From Chlorokybus atmophyticus (lineage: Eukaryota > Plantae > Mesostigma and Chlorokybus algae), in the NCBI GenBank assembly GCA_009103225.1, contig RHPI01002402.1:1042366-1106365 (forward strand): DNA of 64,000 bases, given 5' to 3'. The translations under genes and the position numbers were made by a program. Positions 1 through 13,040 of the stretch are shown one piece after another. The notes under the pieces are model-generated. The model searched no databases, was not told the origin of the DNA, and saw only the letters and a program-made list of their open reading frames with translations. Within the stretch, counting starts at the first letter, position 1; each line of letters starts with the position of its first letter.

Positions 1-2023
1 CTCCCTTGCTGATGTTGGAGTGGGGGGGGGGAGCNCCACCGACCTTGCTGTGGTGCAGCGCATTAAGGACATTGAGCCTAGCTTGAAACGTCAGCTGATT
101 GTATCCACCTTCCTCATGACCCCCGTCATCTTCTTGATCTCGCACTACGCGCTGCCTGCTGAGTTCACCATGAAGATTACTGGTGCTGCCGACAAAGTTG
201 TCAAGAACTGGCACGTGTTCTGGTGTGTGACATCAGGCCTTTGGGCGGGACTTCTCATCGGTTACGTCACGGAGTACTTCACTTCCAATGCATACACTCC
301 AGTGCAGGATGTTGCGGATTCATGCCGCACAGGAGCCGCAACCAACATCATTTGTGAGTGCCTGTTGCCTGTTGCATTGGATAATCAAGGGGTCTTGCTT
401 AGTGGTGCAGCTGGTCGTCAAGTCTGTATTGAGTATGGCCAGTCACTAACGCGTGGTGGTTATGAACTAATCAGTCAAGACTACTGCTGACTGCCTGCAT
501 GGTTTGCACGCAGTTGGCCTTGCGCTTGGCTACAAGTCGGTGATTATTCCAGTATTCGCCATCGCAGCGGCTATTTTCACCAGCTTCAGCTTTGCTGGCA
601 TGTATGGCATTGCATGCGCCGCTTTGGGCATGTTGTCTACACTGGCTACTGGACTGGCTATCGATGCGTATGGCCCGATCAGTGACAACGCTGGTGGCAT
701 TGCTGAGATGGCTGGCATGGGTGAGGCAGTCCGTGACCGTACGGATGCCCTTGATGCTGCTGGTAACACAACTGCAGCCATTGGCAAGGTACGCAAGCTC
801 TTTTCACCTATTGGCCACAATTGAAGATGCGCTGTCTTGTAATCTGGTTACTGTTGTCGATGGGGAAGGGGGTTCACCAAAGAATGTTTTCTTTGCTTGC
901 TTTACAGTCGCATGGTCAGGTCAGGTCGTCGCATCAAGCTGGTGCAGTTTTCTCAGTCGAGTATATTGTCATGTCTTGGCGTATTGGTAGTTGCTGGCTA
1001 AGCAGTCACTCCCCACCTTGCCCTGCACAGACAACGCAAAGATATGCAGAATCGTCACATGGGTGTGCACACTTATGCAGAACTTCGACTGTGACGGTTT
1101 TGCTGCTGTCGATCAGGCAGGGTGCAATGTGGTCTGAGTTTGTTTGCGCTTCCATGCAGGGCTTTGCCATTGGCTCAGCTGCTTTGGTGTCCCTTGCGCT
1201 GTTTGGTGCCTATGTCACACGCGCTGGCATCAGCACTGTTGATCTGCTCAAGCCCTTGGAGTTCTGCGGCTTGTTGGTCGGAGCTATGCTACCGTATTGG
1301 TTCTCGGCAATGACAATGAAGAGTGTCGGCAAGGCTGCCTTGGCCATGGTTGAGGAGGTCCGTCGCCAGTTCGCTGAGATCCCCGGCCTTATGGAGGGCA
1401 CTGCCCGCCCTGACTACAAGCGATGCGTGAAGATCTCCACCGATGCCTCAATCAAGGAAATGATTCCTCCAGGCGCTCTGGTCATGCTGACACCGGTGGT
1501 TGTTGGCATCCTGTTCGGGCCTGACGCCCTTGCTGGTGTCCTTGCTGGTGCCTTGGTGTCGGGAGTGCAGGTACATGTGCTGTCATTCAGGTTTTAACAG
1601 GTCTATCAAAAGGATCCTTGTTTGCTGCAACTAACCTTGATACGTCTCCCCAGATGGCCATTTCGTCCTCCAACACTGGTGGTGCCTGGGATAATGCCAA
1701 GAAGTACATTGAAGTGAGTACATATGTCTTTGCAACAGTGATGCAGTTTGGGCTAACGGCGTTTTGTGTTTGGCCTTTGCAACAAAATAAGCTGACATAA
1801 TCTCAAAAATCTCCAGGCTGGAGCGTCTGAGGCGGCGAGGGCACTGGGTGGCAAGGGATCCGATGCCCACAAAGCTGCTGTCACTGGTGACACTGTTGGC
1901 GACCCCTTGAAGGACACCTCAGGGCCAGCTTTGAACATTTTGATCAAGCTGATGGCTGTGGAGTCCCTGGTCTTCGCTCCTTTCTTCAAGACGCATGGCG
2001 GCATCATCTTTAAGCTTTTCTAG
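1..2023 (+). CDS. AVP1: Membrane-bound H+-translocating pyrophosphatase (V-PPase), 5'-partial, spliced
   Basis: Signature motifs [31 protein letters not shown]|[21 protein letters not shown] and [21 protein letters not shown]. Exons are about <1-352, 514-789, 1160-1570, 1654-1713 and 1817-2023 with GT-AG junctions; stop TAG at 2021-2023. Confidence 0.97.
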
Positions 2024-4083
2024 GTGTCAGCCACAAATGCCGCGGTCCCGTAATATGAGCACATTCTTTTGTAGAGGCTTGCACCTGTGAGCTCGACTAG
2101 CTCGTTAAAAACAGGCTGTAGTTTTGAACTATCTGCAGACCTGTTTGATATCATCTGCATTTAGGCCTTCCCGTAGTTCGCATAGTTTCGCAACATAGTA
2201 TCAAGTCCCTGAGCTTGTCTTACACCAAGGTGCATACATCCTTAATTGCACATGCTTTCAGGTACTTTAGAACAGTGGTACTCTTCTGTAAACAGGCTGC
2301 GCATCAAGCGCAGCGGTTGTTCTGTGTTCCATGTGTTGCCAAAACTTCGTACCTCACTTCTCGTTTGTCTGCCTCAGTGTTCTATATGCCAAACATCATG
2401 CGCTTGTTGCTTGCGAATCGTAGATGATGATGTTCCTATACATGCAAGATGCATCACATGCTTGGCCTGCTACTGTGCCTTTCCGTTGCTGCTCAGCTAG
2501 GACAGCCCATGCGGGCAGGTGATGGACTTGGAATGCATGCATGACTAATGGCGTGAAGTAGCGGCAGTGATAGCATTTAACTAATGAATTGCTCCATTTG
2601 TGCGTCTCGCACTATGCCACACATACAACGACTTACGCCCTATGCAAGCACACATGGCAGTCCACTGCAGTCCCACATGCACAACCATTCACCCACCCAG
2701 AGCTGCATTCACTCATCAAAAACTACTGGCATCAAGGAAATGCAAGCAACATGTGCAACATTCACTAGAGGGCTTACCCAGGGCAGAAATTGCTAGTAGG
2801 GCAGAAATTGCCAGTACAGCAACATCGTCATCCCTAGGGGCCTAATGCAACTTGCTAAGTGCAATTGAGATGACAATGGCATCGATGACACACAGCCATC
2901 GTAAGCGGGTGGCTGTGCCTGCAAGCAGTATAAGTGCCTGACCCGGTGGTTGGACATGTGAAACCAGGGTGTCTATGAGCATAGCGGTTGCATGAGCACA
3001 ACTATTATGACTGCTGCATAGATAACATGCGACACAATGCAATGACAAGGCACTACAATGACTGCTGACTGCAAACTGCATGGGTGCAATAGCACCTTCA
3101 ATTATTGTACACTTTCGTCTTCTTCAATAACGCATGCACAACAATGAACAACCACAACCACTACCCCCTTTGATTGATTACAAACTTTAGGGATACACAA
3201 AGCGTGCAATGCTATAAGTGCCTGGCTGTAGGTCAGAATGGTTAGGGTTTGGCAAGGTGATTTCGTACTGACAACATTGCTTAGCACCATATTTGCTTAC
3301 AAGCATGAAGCATGCTTCACAGCGTCCCAGCAATGCTACGCTCTAAGCAATTGCGTGCATAGAAAAAGATTAGTGCAATGCATTGTGGTTCCTTGCTGCA
3401 GCACGAAATGATGCGTCATTCGCAAATCTTTCTGCTGTCAAGGAGCTTGAACCCCTTATCTTTGTGACTTACTTACGCAACGCTGAAAAAGTCAAATCAA
3501 TTCTACCCACAAAAGCACGTGCAGCGGATCGACCGAGTAGCAGCACAGCTACTACCGAGCAGATCAGCTGGAACTTTCAACAGCATAACTGATGCATACA
3601 TGGTAAAAGTAGAGTAGGTGGTAGAGTGTTGGAGGCGCGCAATCGCATGATGTAGCCCGGTGGTTTTGTATAGTGAGTGAGGTAAGTGTGATGCATGCTG
3701 TGTGACATCATGATGTGATGGGTTGAATATGCATGCGCATACACAGTCCGCATTGTTTGTACATGCACGGAGCGCCGAGCCATGACATCTGCAACAGCGT
3801 ATGAGCACAGTATGTTGACAAAAATCAGAAAATCTGCAGTGCAGCTAGCGCCGAGCCTACTACTTACTTTCTAGAAGCCGCTGACGGCACTAACTAGCAT
3901 GTACAACAAGTTGCACCAATTGGTGCAGCAACACCATAGAAGGGTGCTCCAGTGGCTACGCATACGTAAACCTAAAACGACGTATAGACAGAATATAACT
4001 ACAGTAGTATTCACAGAAAGCGAGCTGGATGGATGGGATTCTCTAGACGTATGATGCTGCGTATATGTGGAAGCAACGCTGCA

Positions 4084-7000
4084 TCAAGAAATCGTGTTTT
4101 GCGGAGCAGCAGCAGCCGCATTCAGCCTTTGCAGAGCCGCCGTACATGCCACATGCCGTGCGCGCACGGTGGAAGCATATTTGCGAAGTCGCTGTCTGTC
4201 CGCAGCCGTCAGCTTCAAGGGATTGGATGCGGATGTCAGTGCGGGCGCTTCAACCAAACAGAAGTAAAACAAAGCCTCGGACTGTGCATACTGAGCAGCA
4301 GCCTCTGCATAGTTCTCAATGACCTCCTCCACCTGCCGTAACATGGACAAATTGATCGTCAATATTGATCTGCAAACGGCATTCGCCAAAGGCCTGCCTG
4401 CGGTGCCAGATGCCTTGAAAGCAGAATATCGAGGCAATGAGGTGACAAATTCAATTGGCATGCAAACACTTAAGTACTGCTTACTGCTCCAATGCGCCCA
4501 TAGCGCAAGGCTGCCTGATAGACTAGCTCGACAGCATCTGGCGTCCTCCACTGGCGCTCCACTGTTTGCACACGAAAATCATGTTAGAACACGTGCATGC
4601 TTCTTGAGGTATAGTTCGCTGTCAGAGGCTGCCATGGGCAAGCAGTTCTTGGTGTGATGTTGTAAGGCATGGGACCCTTACCAGTGCCAAGGGAATTCAC
4701 AAGACCATCTGTCTGCTGGACAGCCAGCATGAAGTCCTTCTCTACAGCAGCGCTACCGGCAGCTGCATCATGAACAGTCGAGATTAAATCTCGGGGATCC
4801 CTCCAGGCTTGTGCAACCATCAATGATGTGTGGAGGACCTCCAGGCGCAGCACGTGCAGCGCGAGGGCTGCCAGTTTCTGCCCAGCTTCCAACTGCCAAA
4901 ACAATCTGGTTAGCGCCCGGCCTTGGTACGTCACAACAGGCGGCACGCGCAGGTCCACACCTTGTGATCTGCTAGCTCTAGAATCAGCTTGGCACAGCGC
5001 TGAAGAGAGGTCAGGCGTACAGATGGCACATCAGACGGTTGTTGGGGCTCATCCATGTCTTTGCGCTGTGCTGCCTGGTGCATGTACGACGGCTGCAGAA
5101 CAAGCCACATGTTTGGTCGTACCTGACAGCAACCACGACCCAACCCTTAGTTACAACATAAATGCTTGGCACACCTGTGGCATGCTATGTGGCCTTGGAC
5201 GATGTGGGGAGGTGCTGTGGTGCACCAGAGGAGATGTGGGTGTTGCGCTGCGACGAGCGGCAGAGGTGCCCTGAGGAGACATTGTCCTTGGGGGTGGCGT
5301 GGGTGTCCTCACTGGGGCGCTCCGAGAGTGCGAAAGAGGTGAAGCTGGTCGACTGTCGCTGAAGCCAGGCTTAGGTACAACCACGTACTCACGCTCGATG
5401 CACTCAAACGAGTCCAACTCTGGGAGCACAGCCATCTCGTAAGCCGTAATTCAAACCAATGACACACAGCCAGAAAGCAACTCACCGCCACGCGCAGAGC
5501 CTGAGCGCCAGCCGCCAGCGCTGTCCACGGCTGTTGTGACTGATGTTGTCTTAGCCTCCGACAGGTCTCTGGCGGAAGGCACCTTCACTGGTGGTCGAAC
5601 ACTGACTTGCGGGCTGCATACAGCATGACTTCAGCTAGTTGTAAGGGATGGTGGCAAGTCAATCGCAAGTGACCAGCAATGCATGCACTAAGCCAGCCCC
5701 CTCAAAAGCAGACTGGTGAATGAGTAGTCCAGTGACAGCAAACGCAGCAAGGCCTTGTTCGTTGGACAGCTGACACAGGAACCTGCAAGCCATGCTGGTT
5801 ACGACATTACCTGCTGGGCAAATTTTGTGCCCTGGTGTGTGGCTGCGCCTTTGGATCGTTGCTGCTTTTTATCGGAGGCACTGAAGGGAATGGCGGCTCA
5901 TCATCCATTGCGAAGGGCATTACAGGTGACCCATCGTCCCCAGAAACTGCTCTGCCACCATCAACATCTCCTTCATTATGGGCGGGCTCAGCTGTGCCAA
6001 GCCGACTGTCTCGCGGCAGTATCACAGTCGAGTCTGTCATCAGAGTTGGCCTGTAGAACAACAGATGTTGAAGCTTACGAGACTTCCACAACAGCTGCTG
6101 CAAAGCTTGCTGCTCTTGAGACTTACTTCATTCCCAAGAAGGGGTGCCTAAAGAACTCCTCAAAAGACAGACGTTCCACTGCATACATCCCGGGCACAAG
6201 GTCAGCACAGTATCGAATTAACTTGCTGACGGCACACTTGTGCATCAATACAAGAAGACTGCTAGGCAGGTCAACCAAATGTACCTGGATTGCGTCGCAG
6301 CAGCAGCCGGCACATGCTGATGCACGCCTCTGAAAGCCCATGTGAGACCGCTTGCGGAATATGGGGCTCATTCCTCTCAATGTTGCGAAGTAGCTGCAAC
6401 CAACACAGCGTGAAGTAGAGCACTCAGCGAATTTGGTCGCCCACGTGTATGCCTGTGTTCCGCTAAGTAAAGAGCGCAGCCTACCTGTACATGATTGGCG
6501 CCACTGAAAGGTGGGCGACCCGTGACCAGTTCAAACAATATGACACCTACACTCCACAAGTCCGCCTGCCAGCCGGACCAGGTTTCAATAAGACATGCAG
6601 CACAAGGATGGTGCTGGAACTGGATAGCGAATGCCCGCACCTTGGCATCATATTTCTGAAACTGCAATATCTCAGGGGCCATGTACAACGGTGAGCCACA
6701 CAGAGTCTCTGCCAGTCCTTGCGGCTGCAAAGACCTGACAAGCACCAGTTGAGTCATCAGCTCTGTAAGAACAACAGCAGGGGGTGCTACTGAAGTGGCA
6801 TGCCATCATCAAAACGGACCTTGCAAAACCAAAATCCGCAATTTTTAATGTGGCACTATGGCTGTTTTCCGATAGCAATAGATTCTGCAAGTCACATAGG
6901 GTTGTCAGCCAGGTAGAAGGAGCTGCCACAATGGCCAAACTCTGCATGACGCAGGCTAGGTTGTGCCCACACAATGCACGTACAACAGCGTGATCTCTGC

Positions 7001-8280
7001 AATTACCTGGGGTTTTAGATCGCGATGAATCAGGTGGTTGGCACGTAGTACCTCGAGCCCTTTGGCTATGTAGCAACATGCATTGGTCAGCGATGCCACT
7101 GTTTGACAGACAAGGTCAAGGCAAGTTTGTCACGAAGATCACCTAGTTGCTGCAGAAAGTGCCGCGCAGTTGACTCTGGTACTTGCTTATTGCGCTGGAT
7201 GAACTTGGACATGTCCCCACCAGCACAGTACTCAAGGATCAGAAAGATTCGTCCCGGACCCTGCACATTGGGTTGAAGTGGAGGTCAAGCATACGAAAAC
7301 ACAATATTGGTAGCAATGCAATTCTTCAGCATTGATAGATGTAGATGGAAGCAAGCTATGGACTTCGTGACGTTGATCGAAGGTCGTCATGGCACATGCA
7401 CACCACTGAAGGAATGCAACTGTGATTGGTCAAGTGCTGGATACAGCAAACAAACAACAAGCAACAGTACGAGCCTGGAGTCCGACTGAAGGAAACAGTA
7501 CAACCGTAGCCAGCAAGTATTGGACAATAGAGACACAACTGTACTCCAGAAGACCATGCATCCTTTGAGCAGAGATGGGCAGCGTATTATACGTGCCCAT
7601 CCACTCTTACAACGAGTTCATGATGAGACCAACAGTCAAGGACATAATCTAGTGCGCAATGAACGAATGTGAACTAGCGAACATAGCTGTCCAGCTGTAG
7701 CTACATTGACTGCAACCTGCTACTAGCGGAGCGAGAAAGCTACTTCAATTTTCCCCTACTGCGAGCACACCCTCCCATGCTGTTCAACAATGTTGGCTGG
7801 TGGGATGTTCCACTGCACCGACTTAAAACCACTCTGTGTGGCTCTGTCTCGCTGTAATGTGCCTATGACGACATAACACTCTGCACCGGCAGCAAGGCAG
7901 GCACCAACCTTGTAGATGTCCAGCAGGCGGATGATGTTGGGGTGCTGAGTGCGGCGGAGGATATCTATTTCGCTTTCTAGACTCTGCTGCAGTTTTCGGT
8001 TCAGCTTTTCCAGCTGCATCTCTTTGACGGCAACCACTTGGCCTGAGACCCTGTGCCTTCCTCGCCATACAGTGGCAAAGGAGCCGGCGCCAATCTGCCC
8101 CTCGACGATCCAATCGCCTACCACGCGCTGCGCCGTTGGCATCGCCCCCGCCGGCGACGGCGACGACAGCAGCGCCGCCGCTGCTGCAGGCACCGCTCCC
8201 GCTGCTGCCATTATCGCTGGTGCCGTGGTGGTGGTGGTGGTGGTGGTGGTAGGCCCCAATCCAGCCACGGCCACGGCCAT
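4084..8280 (-). CDS. ATG1: ATG1/ULK serine-threonine kinase, multi-exon
   Basis: Kinase motifs [66 protein letters not shown] and [12 protein letters not shown]. The C-terminal exons at 4084-4958 ([14 protein letters not shown]...DRQRLRKY) resemble the plant ATG1 C-terminal region. ATG at 8280 is followed by a poly-Thr (CAC)n tract. Confidence 0.9.
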
Positions 8281-8768
8281 CCACCGTCCTCACCTGCCTG
8301 TGATGGCCTCCTCTTCACGCCCCATGCACTCGCACAACCCGGCCAGGGGCCCCAGCCCAACAACCCGGGGCACAGCCCGGTTTGGCGGGCCAAGCCCGCC
8401 CCAGGCCGCTGCCACGTCCTCGACCAGTTGCTCCTGCTCCAAGGCCGCACACCCACTACCACACCCACTACCACGCTTTGAGCCCTTCTACCCAACGCCA
8501 AAACCCCGGCAACGCATGCAAGCAGTCAATTCAAGCAAGCCACACACTTGTGCAGCTACACCTCTGCCCCCGGTGCTGCCCCCGCCGCCGCAGCTTTCCC
8601 GCCCGCGCCTCCTGCAATGGGCAATTCAGCAGCCTACAGCTAGCATGGAAGGCATATGCAGCAGCGGGCAGTCTGGCGTGGCAGTGACCGACCGCTGCTT
8701 CCAGCGCGGGTGTGCACACAGCTCTGTGCGCTGCGCCGGCTTGTGCGCGCACGGGAGTTTCTCCTCAG

Positions 8769-8789
8769 CCAATGACAACCGATCACGTG
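8769..8789 (+). promoter_or_regulatory. ERSE-like element CCAAT-N10-CACG(TG) upstream of ATG1
   Basis: CCAAT at 8769-8773, a 10-nt spacer, then CACGTG at 8784-8789, about 490 bp upstream of the ATG1 start. Confidence 0.35.
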
Positions 8790-9821
8790 TATGGCCCCTC
8801 AATCGCAGTGAGGCTCAATCGCAGTGAGGCCCACACATCCAGTGACAAGCATGAGCACTGCGTTTTCAATCTCTCAATGAGTTACAAACTTACTGGTACA
8901 TTGAAGGGCAGGTGCTGTATTCTTTCTAATGTTTACAAGTGCTTTTAAAATATATAGGTTGCGTGTTGGTGAATGAGTTGCATTTCATTTTTATTATTTA
9001 TGTATTTGATCATTGACATGCGAATGTGCTTGTTATCATCGCGCAACAAATGAAACAAATGTGCAGTCGCATGGCTACCCCGCCCCCCCCCCCCACCCCT
9101 CCACCTCTACCTCCCCTCCCTGGCATTTAACTTTACCATAAATATTTTTTGCAGCTCATTTGCATGGTGTACAATTGATCAACTCGTTGTTTCTTCACTG
9201 TCAATAGGTGCATATTTGAAATCCTCAGATTAGTCATTGTTAACATGCTAATATGAGCAACAACGGAAAAATAATTCAAAAGGTAATAGCATATTGCAAT
9301 CGAAGAAATCGCATGAATGAAACTTCCATGATGGTATCAAAATACATTTCCATAATAAGTATAAGGTGTCCACCCAATTTAGCTGCTCTGCGTGTTTGCC
9401 CTAAGTTTCACATTATATTCGACATCATCCTTGGTATTCAATTACCATCTCGACATCAAAGTCAAGTTCAATGGTTGGTCACAATTGTTAATATTGCCAA
9501 GGTGAAACACATTGTCACACGTGTCCAATCATGAGCTTCACAGATGTGATGTTAATCGTGAAACAAAAGTATGCAACAACGCTACACCAACTGGGTGTAG
9601 CTTGAAGTCAACAAGCTCCTTTACTTCCTGTCTTGACATTTGTAAGCCAACATCGGTTGCAACCGGCAATGGTGCCATATGCAAGTTGTATAGGATGTGG
9701 CCGTCGGACGAGTTATCAAGCACAGAGCAACAAAACAAGGAGTGGTAGGCATATTGTCGAGCTAACACAATGCACAACCTTTTTCACGCTTTTGCAAAGA
9801 TGTGCAACACTATGCCACTAC

Positions 9822-12800
9822 TCAGTCTTGGGCACTCTGATCTGGTATGTCCGCAAACGCAGCATATTCACCACCCATAGCACGCAAGATGCGTTGCCAT
9901 GCATTTGGTTGCCCAATGATAGATTCTGTGGTTGAAGGCCATGGGAAGAGCAACTGAGGCGGCACTCTTGCCATAAGCCACACGCCCGCACTGCGAAGCA
10001 CAATGCCGGTCGTGTCATTGTCAGTTGAGGGCAACAGAGGTGCACGCATGTGCAGGCTACATGCAACAAGCCTTGCTTACCGCAGCTCTTGTTCCAGTTG
10101 CTGCGGAAGCCATTTGCACTCGCCAGCAAAAAAGTGCTGTGGCAAATGGGCATTAAGCAACCCGCATAACGGTTTGTCATGCCACAGGCTTGTAGTACAG
10201 GTATGCATCATGTGCAATCATACTACTGCCATAATCAGCATCTAGACACTGAAGAGGGGGGGAGGNNNNNNNNNNNNNNNNNNNNNNNNNNNNNNNNNNN
10301 NNNNNNNNNNNNNNNNNNNNNNNNNNNNNNNNNNNNNNNNNNNNNNNNNNNNNNNNNNNNNNNNNNNNNNNNNNNNNNNNNNNNNNNNNNNNNNNNNNNN
10401 NNNNNNNNNNNNNNNNNNNNNNNNNNNNNNNNNNNNNNNNNNNNNNNNNNNNNNNNNNNNNNNNNNNNNNNNNNNNNNNNNNNNNNNNNNNNNNNNNNNN
10501 NNNNNNNNNNNNNNNNNNNNNNNNNNNNNNGGGGGTCATATAAATCTACCACAATGTGAAGTGGGCATCTGGACACACTTACTAGATCATTTGGCTTCAA
10601 CTTCCCTTTATCCAACAAAGGCAGCGCTCTTTTGAGGTGGCCACCCATGAACACATCCGGGCCCGATGCGCACGCAGACTTGTCCACAGCTCGCGTGTAC
10701 AGCGGCTGGGTACTCGCCGTCAACACCTCCAGGCCACCAAGGTCTTGCGCCGCGTGCAGCATCTGCAGCAAGCGTGCAGTTAGAGCACTACCGCTATTTG
10801 CCAGACAATTTCTTTCAACGCCACAGCATGGTATCGTTACCGAGCGCAATACAATATGCAAACGGGTTTGAGCTTACCTGCAGAGTGGGAATTGGACCGC
10901 CTCGCAAAAGTATGTTGCTGGCAAAAGGCCTCAGGGACCTGTTGGGGACAAAGCCATCAGCGGAACAACCGCGCCGAGAACAGCGGAACAACCACGTATT
11001 GCATGGCACTGAAAACGGACCTTTCTTCTTGTGTGAGCTGGTCTGGACTTCCCCAACCAGAACCAGAAGTGCTGGCTTGGGCGCTGCTTGTGCTCGTAGG
11101 TCCACTGCAACAAGCCAGTAACTTCGAGATGTGAGTGTGCTTGATGGTGAATTAAATGCAGCCCAAAACAGACATGAGGAGTGCCCTCAAACGCACCGCT
11201 CACTCCAAACTGCCGACACATCATCGTCATCTTCATCGTCATCCTCATCCTCGTCCTCATCATTGGACAAGGCTTCTCTGTGACTTTCTTCTCCCGCGGT
11301 GGCCTTGGCGGCATACACGTTGATGATGCTCTGGAGCTGGGCTTGTGAAGGCTGGTTGATAATTAGCCCAACTGCGCCACCCATGAAATCGTACTCACAC
11401 TACCAAGCAACATCATGAGTCACTTCGCGTACATGCACAGACTCAGGCACATAACAACGGACGCGAAGAAGAGGTTGACCATACCAACAAGACTACACAG
11501 CGCTTGAAAGAGCCGCCATGCAAGGGGTGCGCGAGCAACACCAACCCAGCAATAGGTGCGGCTGCAGGTTGGATGTCCTGCCATGGCTGGACACGTTGCA
11601 ATTAGTGCCAGGCTTAAGGTTCGAACTGAGCGGCCGTCCTAGAGAGATCTACTTATGCACGAGTTGCACACGTTTACAGAAGACACGTACGTCGTACTTG
11701 GTGCTTGTGATTGGAGGGTCAGGAGGCTGGTAGGAACTCTTTAAGCCCAAAGCAGCAGCTGCAGAGAGATGCCCTCGCATGTGACGCAAAGCCTTCAAGC
11801 CCAGCTGAAGAGCAAACTGGCTATGTGCTGCCTGCCAAGACATCCCAAAAGTCGAACACTAGTGGTGAGCATGCAGCACTTATCTACGCACGAGTATCGC
11901 CACCGTCAGTTTAGTGGTGCTGACCTTCATAGTGTCAACCGTAGTAAACGTCCTCATCTTTGAATACAAAGCCAGCACATGATCCTGCATGGTGCACAAC
12001 AGCGATTACTTGACTGGCTGGGTTTGGTCTACCTGGAGGACGAGCGGCCAAGCCATAACCGAGGATTGGTCATTGAATGGACAGTCTCTTGTGACAAGCT
12101 GCCCACGCAAGAGTAACAAGCACAGTATCAGCATGCAGGAAGCACTGAGTGACCACCTCTTGGTTTGCTTGCTCGTGAAGCTTCTCGCGCACGAGTTCTG
12201 AGAATGACCTTGGGGTGGGCAGAGTCGGCACGTAATGAAGCGCGCAAGGAGTGAACTCTTTCAAGGCCAGGACTAGAAATAGCACCATGTCCGCGTTGTC
12301 TAACGCGCGTTCCCGCTCGCTGTGCGTCTTGTCCTGCACCACAATGCCTGCCGCCTGCAGCTCCTCCATTAACTGGTGCGGCCTCAGAAACGCCTGTGGG
12401 TACAGACACACAAGTAGCGCATACGTAGTTAATGTCCAAATTAAACACAAGATTAGTCAGTACATTGTCCAAGGATAACACTGACTACATTGAGACTAAC
12501 CTTGTACGCAGGCTGGGCATCATACATGCGCGCTCTGCACGGAGATTGCGATCAGTAACCAAATTTAAGCCTAGGAAACGACAATACCCATGGCGCATGT
12601 GCACAATGGGCACCGTAGTGGGACGGTTGTAACTGCAATGATGTAGGTGAACTCAAAAAGTGATACACATGCACAACCAAACACACCTGCTATGAACGTA
12701 GGCAAGTCTTTTACGGCAAGCACCTTTGTTTCTTTTGTTGTTGGCAACATGTGCAGCATGTATTCCCCATCTAACATGCAGAATGCACCATCTAACATGC

Positions 12801-12917
12801 AGAATGCAGCCTGCATGCATGTGGACATGCGTGCTGGTCAGGATGTAAACCATACGTGCGCAGGATGCTGCGGCATGTCAGCCGAGCAAGCGCCTTGCTG
12901 GCTGTTGGTGAGGACAT
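9822..12917 (-). CDS. DUF179/UPF0301 (YqgE/AlgH-like) domain protein, multi-exon, spans the gap
   Basis: Exon peptides GGSFKRCVVL, GGAVGLIINQP, LRGGPI, HFFAGECKWLPQQLEQEL and AWQRILRAMGGEYAAF fit the DUF179 pattern. The putative start MSSPTASKALARLTCRSILR at 12917 is less certain. Confidence 0.7.
10266..10530. other. Assembly gap (265 N) flanked by G-runs, inside an intron
   Basis: Run of n's bordered by gagggggggagg and gggggtc. Confidence 0.99.
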
Positions 12918-13040
12918 GTGGGCGCAGTAGCCAGCCCAGAGCAGCACAACAGAAGCAGCAGTGATTGTCTAATTGCTCTGTGGAGGCCGCAACCCTCTCA
13001 ACAGCAACCTCCTACAAGGCAGTGCCGGCGCTCATCGACA

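Noticed and set aside
2840-3950. Possible small membrane-protein gene between the PPase and ATG1
   Set aside because: A few exon-like blocks are present, but no consistent model or recognisable motif.
7949-8827. 292-aa plus-strand ORF
   Set aside because: Antisense shadow of the GC-rich ATG1 first exon and UTR, with low-complexity translation.
10266-10530. ORFs spanning the N run
   Set aside because: Artefacts of translating the gap.
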